A stretch of DNA of 64,000 nt, taken from Candidatus Aenigmatarchaeota archaeon (lineage in GTDB: Archaea > Aenigmatarchaeota > Aenigmatarchaeia > CG10238-14 > SpSt-28). Under the pieces are notes generated by a model. It was not told the origin of the DNA and ran no database searches. It saw only the letters and a program-made list of their open reading frames with translations. Positions 20,420 through 30,000 of the stretch are shown piece after piece (positions within the stretch are counted from its first letter, which is position 1; each line of letters opens with the position of its first letter). The stretch is taken from NCBI GenBank assembly GCA_038997305.1, contig JAWAZZ010000001.1, positions 44,159 to 108,158 of the forward strand, read 5' to 3'. The translations under genes and the position numbers were made by a program.

Positions 20420-21748
20420 ATGTTAAAGTTACAAGTAGCACAATTTGCTTTTATAATATTTGCTATACTTTTTTTTCTTTTAAGTTTATATTTGTCATAT
20501 TTTCAATTTGGAAAAAGAATAGAAGAAATTAGCAATATAAGAACTATTGACATTTTTGAAAATTTGAAACATATTATAGATGGGTATGCGAAATTAGCAC
20601 TTTATTATGCTACAACTCAAAATTTTAGAGAAGAAAGTCATGTATGGATTCAAAATGGATTCAATCCGCTAGAGTTTGAACTTTTAAAAGAATGCAAAGA
20701 AAATTACACTACATTTTTCTTTAATCAATATCTTTCAAAATTTAATGTTAATTTACCAGTTAATATAGAAATTAAAAAAGTAAACAGATGCTTTTTTGAT
20801 TTAAAAGAAGAAAATGTTTTTAGTGGCTTGAACGATGAGGGAAATTTTTCTGTTTTTTGCAATTCTACTAACGTAAAAATTTATATAAATGAAACATTTC
20901 TTTTAGACTTTATTAATTCTTCTAACTTTATAACTAACAACAGGTATTGGTATCTTTATAGAAAGTTTTATGAATGGGCTAAAGAAAATGCAGATAAATT
21001 TGTGGCTTGTGTCTGTTCATTAGTAAAATCTTGTGCAACCTGTAATGCAATAGAAACATGTTATAAAGGCTTATTAGAAAGTTTGAGAAATAAGTTTAAA
21101 GATGATAAATATGTTGAATGTAATACAGATCCTACTCCTTGTTGCTATCAAGAATATGGCGATTTATGTAAATTACCAGATGTTTGTCAAGCATGGCAAA
21201 ATAGATGTTATGTTGCAGATAAGTTGGATTGTCCTATACTAGAAGAATCAGATGAGAAAAAAACACACGGCTATAAAAATCATAACGAAAACAACTACTT
21301 AATAGAATTTTCTAAAAATGTAGTTCTTTCTAATCCTCAAAATTATGTTACCGAATTTTATTGTGAAAGTTGTATATGGCAAGAGAATAGAATAGAAACT
21401 CATAGAAGATATTATTGTATAGATTATAAGTACTATGAATCAAGTCCTTCTGGTCCAAAACCAATAGAATTTACTGCGATAGTTTATGCTGGCTTAAAGA
21501 ACTATGTTTCTTGCATTTCTAAAGTCAAAAATAAGTGCGAAAGTATAACCACAGAATGTGAAAATTGTAATGATGTTGGAGGTAAAACTATATGTGATAA
21601 ATGTATTTTAAAAAACTGTGAAAAAAAGGGATGTAAAGAATGTTGGTTAGAGTGCGAAGAATGTGAAGTTAAGAAATTAAATGGAGAATTCGAAGTTATC
21701 CAGTGTAAAAAATGTAAGAATAAGCCAGATGATGTCTGTCCAAAATGA
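20420..21748 (+). CDS. membrane-anchored Cys-rich protein
   Basis: N-terminal TM with more than 35 Cys. C-terminal CENCNDVGGKTICDKCILKNCEKKGCKECWLECEECE cluster. Confidence 0.5.
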   Translation: MLKLQVAQFAFIIFAILFFLLSLYLSYFQFGKRIEEISNIRTIDIFENLKHIIDGYAKLALYYATTQNFREESHVWIQNGFNPLEFELLKECKENYTTFFFNQYLSKFNVNLPVNIEIKKVNRCFFDLKEENVFSGLNDEGNFSVFCNSTNVKIYINETFLLDFINSSNFITNNRYWYLYRKFYEWAKENADKFVACVCSLVKSCATCNAIETCYKGLLESLRNKFKDDKYVECNTDPTPCCYQEYGDLCKLPDVCQAWQNRCYVADKLDCPILEESDEKKTHGYKNHNENNYLIEFSKNVVLSNPQNYVTEFYCESCIWQENRIETHRRYYCIDYKYYESSPSGPKPIEFTAIVYAGLKNYVSCISKVKNKCESITTECENCNDVGGKTICDKCILKNCEKKGCKECWLECEECEVKKLNGEFEVIQCKKCKNKPDDVCPK

Positions 21749-22131
21749 AAACAATAGAAATAATATTAGTTTTAATTTTTTCAGTTTTTGGATTAGTACT
21801 TCTATTAAATTATATCTTTGGAATAAAATTTATTAAATTTGAAAGCGAAGAATTGACATTTCTAAAAAAAGAGGATTTTTTGTTTAAGATTAATGAGTTA
21901 GTTTCTAATTGTTTAAATAAAAAGACTAACAAAAGAGAAATTTGCTATTACGTCTATTACAAAGGTTTGCAAGATGTTTCTTCTGAAGAAATACTTTCAA
22001 AAATAATTCCTGAAAACAGAAATAAAATTAAAATAACTTTCGAAAAATTGATTAGCAACGAAAAAATTATAATAATTTATGTTCCTTTTGATTTGGTTGA
22101 AATTGTAAAATATTCTGAAATATCAAAATAA
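21745..22131 (+). CDS. small protein with N-terminal TM helix (pilin-like candidate)
   Basis: MKTIEIILVLIFSVFGLVLLLNYIFG plus a ~100-aa domain. Start overlaps the upstream stop (ATGA). Confidence 0.4.
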   Translation: MKTIEIILVLIFSVFGLVLLLNYIFGIKFIKFESEELTFLKKEDFLFKINELVSNCLNKKTNKREICYYVYYKGLQDVSSEEILSKIIPENRNKIKITFEKLISNEKIIIIYVPFDLVEIVKYSEISK

Positions 22132-22135
22132 TTTT

Positions 22136-24193
22136 ATGATAAGTGAACAAAAATTAGAACAATTAAAAAAAGAGTTTTCGACATATTATTTGGAATTTTA
22201 TTTAAAAGAAATAGAAAAATCTGCAAGAAGAAACTGGTATGAAAAACTTTGTGCAATTTCTTCAAAAATTTTACCTATAAAGGCATATCCTAAAAAACTT
22301 TCAGAAACCATAATTTTTTCTAATTTGAATGTTTTACCGAATGAAGTTGTAAGTTTAACAATACTTTCTTTTTTAATTCTTTTTGGAGTTTCTTTAATTC
22401 TATATTTCATTTTTACTGATTTGGGAATTTTTGTTTTTGCTTTGCCAATAGGCATTTCATACATTCTATATACTTATCCAGATTTTAAGGCAAAAGTAAA
22501 TAGAATTCAAACAAATTCAGAAGCAATAAAAATAATTACTTATCTTGTTTTATATTTAGAAACAATTCCAAATTTTGAAGGAGCAATAGATTTTGCAGCA
22601 AGAAGAGTTAAAGGAATTATTAGCGATGATATGAAAAAAATTTCTTGGGATATTAGAACTGGAAAGTTTTCGACATTAAAAGAAGCATTAGAGCATTATA
22701 TTCCAAAATGGTTAAAATGGAATGAAAATTTTGTGAGAGCTTTAATTTTGTTATCAAATATATCTTATGTAACTTCTAGTGAAGAAAGAAAAACATTATT
22801 AAGAAAAACATTAGATTTTATTTTGGCAAAAAACTTAGAGGAAACGAAAATTTATGTAGAAAAAGTCAGAGGTCCTATAACTATTTTGTTTCTTTTTGGA
22901 TTATTGATGCCATCTATAGGTTTAATAATGTTTCCTATGATTTCTGTATTTTTGCATTTTAGCGTAAAACCATCTTACATAATTTTTGGATATTTGGTTG
23001 TATTACCTCTTATGAACTATTACTTAATAACTAGAGTAATTTCTTTAAGACCAGGAGCTTTTCTTATAGTAGATATATCTAAGCATCCAAAATTGCCTCC
23101 AGAGAATTATTTTTATTATGGAAATGTTTTAATACCCATAATACCTCTATCAATTTTAGTTTTTGCATTGGTTAGTTTTTATGGAATAAATCATATAGGA
23201 AATTTTTATATCGAGTTTAATAGGCAGCTAGAAATAAATCCTAAAAAAGCAGAGGAAATGCTAAGAGCCGAAAATAATATTCAAAACTATGCTGGCTTAG
23301 CTGCTAGCTTTTCCATAACATTAGGTTTTGGTCTAGCCGCTTTTTTATACTTTTATCTAAACTCTTTTCAAAAGGTAAGAATTAGAAAAGAAGTTAAGGA
23401 TATTGAAGAAGATCTACCAAACTTGTTAATTACTAGTGGAAATTTCTTAGAAGCTGGGTATCCTTTTGAAAAAACGATAGAAAAAACTTTGGAGGAATAT
23501 GAAAGATTAGGAATGAAAGAAAAAGCTGGTTATAAATTTTATTCTTTGTTAAAGGAGAGAATTGTAAAGTTTGGAGAAAACATATATGAAGCAATCTTTG
23601 GAAGTAATGGTTTGATTTTTTATTTTCCATCCGTTTTATTGGAAGAAGTCTTTAGAATAATAACTGAAACTTCTAAAAAAAGTGTTAGAAGCGCTGGAAC
23701 TATTGCTAAAACAATTTCTAGATATTTAGAAAATATTTGGCAAACAGAATTTAGATTGAAAGAATTATTGGCAGATGTTAGAGGAAATTTAAAAATGCAA
23801 GCTCAATTTTTAATTCCTATAATTACAGGAGTTATTAGTGCTACTGGAATTTTTATAATAAGTTTATTATCTTTCTTAGCAGATTACTTAAGTAGGTTTG
23901 AAAAAAGTTTCGGAATAACTTCAGGAATTTCTGAGGTTATTAATGTTATGGTCGGAGATTTTAAAAGAGTAATACCAATGCCTTTATTACAAGCCGTTGT
24001 TGGATGTTATACTGTAATAGCAATAATATTGATGTCTTACTTGCTTAGTGGAGTTGAAAATGGATTTGATAGAGTTGCTAGAGATGATGAAATTTCTCAA
24101 AACCTAAAGTTTGGTTTGATAATATACTTTATAATAGGAATAGCATCTCTAATAGTTTTTGCAAATATAATATCTTCTTTACAATTAACATAA
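22136..24193 (+). CDS. polytopic membrane protein, TadC/FlaJ/GspF-like platform protein candidate
   Basis: 685 aa built as (helical cytoplasmic domain + ~3 TM) x2, resembling type II/IV secretion F-domain platform proteins. Flanked by small N-terminal-TM proteins. The assignment is by architecture only. Confidence 0.4.
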   Translation: MISEQKLEQLKKEFSTYYLEFYLKEIEKSARRNWYEKLCAISSKILPIKAYPKKLSETIIFSNLNVLPNEVVSLTILSFLILFGVSLILYFIFTDLGIFVFALPIGISYILYTYPDFKAKVNRIQTNSEAIKIITYLVLYLETIPNFEGAIDFAARRVKGIISDDMKKISWDIRTGKFSTLKEALEHYIPKWLKWNENFVRALILLSNISYVTSSEERKTLLRKTLDFILAKNLEETKIYVEKVRGPITILFLFGLLMPSIGLIMFPMISVFLHFSVKPSYIIFGYLVVLPLMNYYLITRVISLRPGAFLIVDISKHPKLPPENYFYYGNVLIPIIPLSILVFALVSFYGINHIGNFYIEFNRQLEINPKKAEEMLRAENNIQNYAGLAASFSITLGFGLAAFLYFYLNSFQKVRIRKEVKDIEEDLPNLLITSGNFLEAGYPFEKTIEKTLEEYERLGMKEKAGYKFYSLLKERIVKFGENIYEAIFGSNGLIFYFPSVLLEEVFRIITETSKKSVRSAGTIAKTISRYLENIWQTEFRLKELLADVRGNLKMQAQFLIPIITGVISATGIFIISLLSFLADYLSRFEKSFGITSGISEVINVMVGDFKRVIPMPLLQAVVGCYTVIAIILMSYLLSGVENGFDRVARDDEISQNLKFGLIIYFIIGIASLIVFANIISSLQLT

Positions 24194-24194
24194 T

Positions 24195-24554
24195 ATGCTA
24201 GCATTAGATACTGTTTTTTTGGTTTTGATTGGTATAGTAACTATAATAGCTGTTTCTAGTTTAATACTTGCTTATAAGGATAAAGTTATTGATTTTTTCT
24301 ACAGATTTTTTTCTAAAGAAGAAAATATAAACTATTGCTATACAACATACTACGAAGGAATCGAAGATGTTAGTAATTTATGTAGAATTTGCTTGAATTT
24401 GGGAAAGAAGTTAAAGAATAATTGCTATTGTTTTGTCATTTATTCTAACAATGTTTATTCTGATTTATGTGAAAATAGATGTTCTATTTCAGATAATAAA
24501 ATTTGGCTAATAAAGTATGATGTTTCTAAAAATAAAGTTTTTATTGAGTGCTAA
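24195..24554 (+). CDS. small protein with N-terminal TM helix and Cys-containing domain (pilin-like candidate)
   Basis: MLALDTVFLVLIGIVTIIAVSSLILAY followed by a ~90-aa domain with 6 Cys. Confidence 0.4.
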   Translation: MLALDTVFLVLIGIVTIIAVSSLILAYKDKVIDFFYRFFSKEENINYCYTTYYEGIEDVSNLCRICLNLGKKLKNNCYCFVIYSNNVYSDLCENRCSISDNKIWLIKYDVSKNKVFIEC

Positions 24555-25020
24555 CATTGTTAGAATATCTTATTAAATCAAAATATATACTATATTCGTT
24601 TATGCCGAAGAAATCTCTTTTAATGACTTTTGTCTCATCGTAATAAACTATAGGTATAGAAATATTACAAGAAAGTCTTTCACAATAAACTCTTTTGTCT
24701 TTCATCCATAAGCATAAGAAATTTCCTACTGTCAAATTCTTATTGTTAATGTATTCTTCTATTAAATCTCTAGAAATTTTTTCTATATCATCTATTGCGA
24801 ATATTGCAAAAAGATTTTGATTCACTATTAATTTCTCTTTTGTTTGAGTATATGGAAAACTCCAGCAAAGGTTTTGAACTTGATTATAAAATATTTTGAA
24901 TTGCTCTTCGACTTTTTTGTTGCTTTCGTTTTTAAAATGCAAAGATAATATATAAAAGATTGAAGATAAAAGTATTGAAAGAATTATTACTGCAAATATT
25001 ATTTGAAATGGGATTTCCAT
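24541..25020 (-). CDS. small protein with N-terminal TM helix (pilin-like candidate)
   Basis: MEIPFQIIFAVIILSILLSSIFYILSL plus a soluble domain. Confidence 0.45.
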   Translation of the reverse strand: MEIPFQIIFAVIILSILLSSIFYILSLHFKNESNKKVEEQFKIFYNQVQNLCWSFPYTQTKEKLIVNQNLFAIFAIDDIEKISRDLIEEYINNKNLTVGNFLCLWMKDKRVYCERLSCNISIPIVYYDETKVIKRDFFGINEYSIYFDLIRYSNNVSTQ

Positions 25021-25023
25021 AAT

Positions 25024-25458
25024 TTAATAATTGATTACAAGTACACTTTCTTTTTTGCAATTAAAGATTATTAGTGCATTACTTAAATAAGGATTAAAGA
25101 GATTGGCATCAACATAATACAGTTTTCCTTTATATTCTATAGGAAAAAATTTTGGTAAAGAGGCTTGGGATAAATCCCCATCTGTAACTATAAAATAGCA
25201 AGTAACATAACCATTTTTACAATTATAGTTTTCAACGCTTTCTCTTATGCAAGAATTTATTAATTCCAAAAAAACCTCGCTAGTTGGTTCTTTTTTAAAA
25301 TGTAGATACGTTACTTCTTTGAATTTTTTTGATTGGTTAATTTCACTAAAATATGACATTACAAAAGATTGTATAGCTAAATATATCATTAGAATTACTA
25401 TTGTTGCTATCATACTTATAAGCATTACAAAAACAACGTTTATGGCAAGTAATTTCAT
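25024..25458 (-). CDS. small protein with N-terminal TM helix (pilin-like candidate)
   Basis: MKLLAINVVFVMLISMIATIVILMIYLAI. The track start is TTG, so I moved it to the ATG. Confidence 0.45.
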   Translation of the reverse strand: MKLLAINVVFVMLISMIATIVILMIYLAIQSFVMSYFSEINQSKKFKEVTYLHFKKEPTSEVFLELINSCIRESVENYNCKNGYVTCYFIVTDGDLSQASLPKFFPIEYKGKLYYVDANLFNPYLSNALIIFNCKKESVLVINY

Positions 25459-25459
25459 A

Positions 25460-25993
25460 TTATGCAATAACTTCTATAGCATCTATATTGTGATTATATT
25501 TTATTATAACTATAGAATCTTTTGATATTTCATAATCTTTTACTTTCCAAACTACATCATCTCTATATCCACAATCAAAAGTTTTCATTTGTAAACTTTT
25601 ACAACCATCGTATTGTTTAATAAACATAGAAACATTTTCTGGAAAAATTTTTATATTTTCTTGCATGGGTGAGAAATCTATTTCATAGCAGGTATAATCT
25701 CTATCATAAACTTTATATCGTTGAATTGTTTGTATGCATTCGAAAAGGTATGAAGTAAATTTAGAGATTGCCTCTTCTTCATTATTAGCATAAAACTTAA
25801 TTCTTTCAGTTATTAAATTTTGAGATTTACAATATTCTGGAATAGTTTCTTTAGGAAAGATTTTGAGATAAACATTGCAATATAAATAATTTTGAATCCT
25901 TTCTCTTAAAGCTATTAAAATTGAAATTGAAATAACTATTGCAGCTATTATTATTATAAAAAACCAAGTTGTTTCTATTGCAATTAGCTTCAT
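25460..25993 (-). CDS. small protein with N-terminal TM helix (pilin-like candidate; MK|LIAIE resembles a prepilin cleavage motif with Glu at +5)
   Basis: [29 protein letters not shown] plus a ~140-aa domain. Confidence 0.45.
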   Translation of the reverse strand: MKLIAIETTWFFIIIIAAIVISISILIALRERIQNYLYCNVYLKIFPKETIPEYCKSQNLITERIKFYANNEEEAISKFTSYLFECIQTIQRYKVYDRDYTCYEIDFSPMQENIKIFPENVSMFIKQYDGCKSLQMKTFDCGYRDDVVWKVKDYEISKDSIVIIKYNHNIDAIEVIA

Positions 25994-26035
25994 AATGTAT
26001 TTAAATTTTTGAATAGAAATATTTTATCTAATTTT

Positions 26036-26401
26036 ATGGTTCAACCAAAATCTAAAAAGCCTAGAAAACAAAGAAAATTTTTGTATAATGCGCCTTTGCA
26101 TTTAAGAAGAAAAATGTTAGCTGCACATTTAAGTAAAGAATTAAGAGAGCAATTAAAAAGAAGAAGCTTGCCAGTTAGAAGTGGTGATGAAGTTAAAGTT
26201 ATGAGAGGAAAGTTTAGAGGCAAAGTAGGTAAAGTGGTAAAAGTAGATTATAAAAAGTATAGGATTTATGTTGAAGGTTGTACTGTAAAAACTGCTAGAG
26301 GAGAAGAAAAATTAGTTCCTATACATCCGTCTAAAGTAATGATAGTAAAATTAAACTTAGAGGATAAATGGAGAAAAGAAGCTTTAGGAATTAAAGCATA
26401 A
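26036..26401 (+). CDS. rpl24: 50S ribosomal protein L24 (uL24)
   Basis: [37 protein letters not shown] plus KOW motif [16 protein letters not shown]. Start set to the ATG at 26036; the track start at 26009 is TTG. Confidence 0.85.
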   Translation: MVQPKSKKPRKQRKFLYNAPLHLRRKMLAAHLSKELREQLKRRSLPVRSGDEVKVMRGKFRGKVGKVVKVDYKKYRIYVEGCTVKTARGEEKLVPIHPSKVMIVKLNLEDKWRKEALGIKA

Positions 26402-26425
26402 TTTTTATAATAATTTTTTTGCAAT
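26402..26425 (+). terminator. T-rich putative terminator downstream of rpl24
   Basis: tttttataataatttttttgc lies directly after the stop codon. Confidence 0.3.
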
Positions 26426-26509
26426 AGTTCGAGGTTTTATAATATTTTTACAGGTTTGTAGCTTATGATTGTTAAAAAATATATATTTGAAACTTAATAA
26501 TAATATTTT

Positions 26510-26881
26510 ATGTCATTGGTAAACAAAATAGGTAAAAAATTAAATTTATCTATATTTAAAAAAATTTCTGCGCTTTTTTTGATTTCTTTGCTATTGTTAT
26601 CGACATTTAAAATAATAATTGAGGACAAGTTAGTACCTAAAATAAAACTTTCTGACATTTCTTTATCTGATGACAACTTAAAAAGAAGTGGTATATTTTA
26701 TTGTAGTAATGGAAATCCTGTAACTTATAATGGTCAAAAAGGATTTTTAATGGTTATAAGTAACCCCAATGGATTAAACCTAAAGTTTAGAATTTATCTC
26801 TACGATGACGTCAATTATCAGAGCTACGATCCAGATCCTAAAGTCATATCTATGGAATATGGTATGGAAAGTCTTTTATAG
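26510..26881 (+). CDS. signal-peptide-bearing ORF; probably the 5' part of the downstream giant gene, separated by a single-base frameshift
   Basis: N-terminal KK-hydrophobic signal/anchor. The frame of 27004..30588 stays open upstream to 26842 with no ATG. One extra T in the TTTT run at 26874..26877 would fuse the two frames (...EYGMESLFIATGTNFGRE...). Confidence 0.4.
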   Translation: MSLVNKIGKKLNLSIFKKISALFLISLLLLSTFKIIIEDKLVPKIKLSDISLSDDNLKRSGIFYCSNGNPVTYNGQKGFLMVISNPNGLNLKFRIYLYDDVNYQSYDPDPKVISMEYGMESLL

Positions 26882-27003
26882 CTACAGGAACTAACTTCGG
26901 TAGAGAAATTATTACAGACGCGAGTTATGCAATAGTTTTTTTACCTTTACCATTTTCTGATCGTGCCGCCGATATTTCTTTAGTTTTCTCTAATGTTCAA
27001 GAT

Positions 27004-30000
27004 TTGGAAAAGAAAGGATTCCAATTTAACTCTATCAACGATTGTCAAAAATTAGCAGATTTATTATATACTTCATTTTTACTTTCTTATGCTGATCTTG
27101 GAAACAAGCTCTTATCAGATATTATAAATTTTCAATTAACATTATCTTCAGCAATTTTAGAGGGTATTTTAAGGTATGCACAAGGCACAGCAGTTTTAGC
27201 TGGCACACAAACTAACACTAAGATATATTTGTTTAACGATATACATCAAAACGCAAGAAATTTTATATATGAGGTTGTTGAAATCTTAAAGGAAAATGGT
27301 TTGGAACCTGGAAAAGATTTTTGGATTGTGGAGAAAAAATTCAATGATTACGAGTACTATACTTTAGAATTCTCTAGTAATGCAAAAAATAAGATTAATA
27401 AGAACATTAAAATAATATTTGCTGGAGATGTTTTTGATAAGAGAGAAGGAGATATGGAAATGGACGAATTTAAAGAAAAACTCGATAAAAGAGTGTTAGA
27501 AAAACTCGATGAAAATGCTAAAAGTAATTTTTTCAAAAATCTAAATGTTTTAGGGGAGAAGAGGGAGGATATAGGTAAGAATTCGAGGATACTTTCTCAC
27601 ACAATTTTATCGATAATGGACAGTTTAGAAGAATTGTTAGGTAGTGACAATGTAATAAGATTATTAGGTAATCACGATGTTTATCAATACTATATAGTAG
27701 ATAGTGAGAGAGTGAAGAAACTTACGGTAACTATGTCTCATTCTATTCCTTTCACGAGGGGAAAAGATCTTGTTGAATATTACTGGAATAAAGGAAGGTT
27801 GATTTATGTTTATTATGAAGATGGAATTGTAAATATTTATACTAATTCCCAATCAGGATTTTTAATTAAGGAATTTTTAGAAAGATTAGCTAAGAGTTTA
27901 GAAGGCAAAAATTTAAACGAATTGAGTGAAAATGAGTTAAAAAGAATAATCAAAGAGGTTAGTGAAGAATTTGATAGAAATGCAAAATTTATTGCAGGTG
28001 AAAATAGTGAAGTTGGTATTGTGAAATATACATATGAAAGATTTATGAATTTTGAGGATGATGTGAACAAACAAACTACTGATGTGAATGATAATTTGAA
28101 TAAACTAAGTGAAATTATAAAAAAGAAATTTGGGAATAGGTTTAAATTTGTAATAATAACTGGACATACACCAGTCAGTTCGTTGAATTATTATTATTCC
28201 TCTCCGAATATTGATTTATTTATAACTGATAATCCAGAAAAGAGAGCTTCCAGGTCTCTGATAATTTTCGATAAAGAGAAAATTAGTGTGCGTGTTATTC
28301 CTCATGGCGTGGATTATTTTGTTAGTATTCAGAAACCCAAATTAAATGTGGGTGGAGGAGGTTTATCTTCTGAGGATGTTAAAAAAATTAAGAATACTAA
28401 AAGTCAAATAGATGTTGCTAGAGAGATAAATGGGGAAATTTCTAAGGCCGAAGAAGAAGTTGAAAAGGCTAAAACTATATCTGAGAGATTAGATGTACTT
28501 AAAAGAGTGTTTTCGAGACTTAAGGATTTCTTTTCTAAAAAATCACAAGAAGTTGATAGAGTTTTTATTGATCCCGAACCTACGCAAACTAGACCTATAA
28601 AGCAAGCATTAGATGCAAGCATACAAAAGTCAGAGGAAGGATTACGGGCAGTACAAAGTGGTAATTTAGAAGAGGCAAATAAGAAGTTTGATGAGATAAG
28701 GAAAGAATTTAAACAACTAGCAGAAAATATATTAAAAAATGCAGGTGATAGAATTCAAGAAGTATATCAAAAACTTCAGGGAAATTCTCAAGCGGAACAA
28801 AGTTTAAATAAAAATATTGAGGAATCCATACGAAATCAGCAATCTGAATTATCAAAACAAGGAGAGAATATCCAAAGAACAGCTGCATCGACAGATGTTG
28901 CAAAGAGCGTAACAGAAAGTACAGAAAAACTCGCTAGTTCTCAACTTTCTCAACAGGGGAGAAGTCTTTTACAAAAATTAAAAACATCTGTGAGCGCTTT
29001 TAAAACTTTTTCAACTACAATTAATAATTTAGCATCTAAAATCTCACCCCTTTTAATATTCGTACCTATGATAGAAATAGGCAGAAATTTAGAACTATAT
29101 GAAATCCCATATGGAGAAGAAGTTTCTTTGGCATTAACTCTTGGTGGTATAATTGGATTGACTTTGCAAACCATATTGGCAATTAAAATTGCATTGGAGG
29201 CAGGAATTCGCGTCGCATTAGCTGTTGTTATTACTGGACCTTTTGGTTGGTTAAGTCTACTTGTTTTAGCCGCAATAATAGTTGCTATTGGTGCATTTAT
29301 GTGTTTTATCTATGTTACTCAAAGAGGTGGCGGTGATTTTGGACAGTGTTTACTGTATGGTATATCTTTCGGTACTGCAAAATATTGCGACCTATACGCG
29401 GCAAAATACTATTTTAGAGATATTAATGATTTTGACAAAAAAACTGAAAAACAAAAACCATCTGAATATACTTACTTTACAGTTTTGTATCCAGACTATA
29501 GGGAAATAAAATTATATGCTGAAGGAATACCTAGGATAGGTACTGAAAAATGTCCTGCAGATAATTATCTTGGTCCTATAAAGGTTTATGAAGGTCATAA
29601 TTACTTTATCAGAATAAAGCATTTGGGTAGTAATATGGAAAGATATGATTTAACAAAGTTCATAGTAGAAAAGGATGGAAGTGGGAGAAGCGAGGGGACA
29701 TTTTGTTTAACTTCTAAATCAAGTTGTAGCAAAGATGCAACGGACTTTCCATTCGAAGTTGGAAAACAATATTTAGTCATAATAGATGAAAGAGGATGGT
29801 ATATTGTAGAACCCTTAGGTAGCGGAATTAAGAAGAGCGTTCCTGTTGGTGTTCTATACATTTATGAAAACAAAAATGCATGTAGTAATCTTGGCGGAAA
29901 ATGTGTAGATGTAAGTAAGGCACAAGATCCTAAGCAAATAATATATCACGGCGTTTGTAAGGCTGGTGAGATATGCATTAAAGAATGTAAGAGCGATTCA

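Noticed and set aside
26009-26035. ORF-track starts at TTG or GTG (26009 rpl24, 10286 trm1, 50842 ferredoxin, 45097 DsbA-like, 25467, 15951, 31614)
   Set aside because: Homologues begin at the downstream ATG in each case, and the extensions overlap neighbouring genes. So I treat these as artefacts of permissive start-codon rules, not N-terminal extensions.
28330-28380. Possible P-loop (GGGGLSSEDVKK) in the giant protein 27004..30588
   Set aside because: It does not fit GxxxxGK[ST] and no Walker B follows. It is more likely a flexible Gly linker before the coiled coil.
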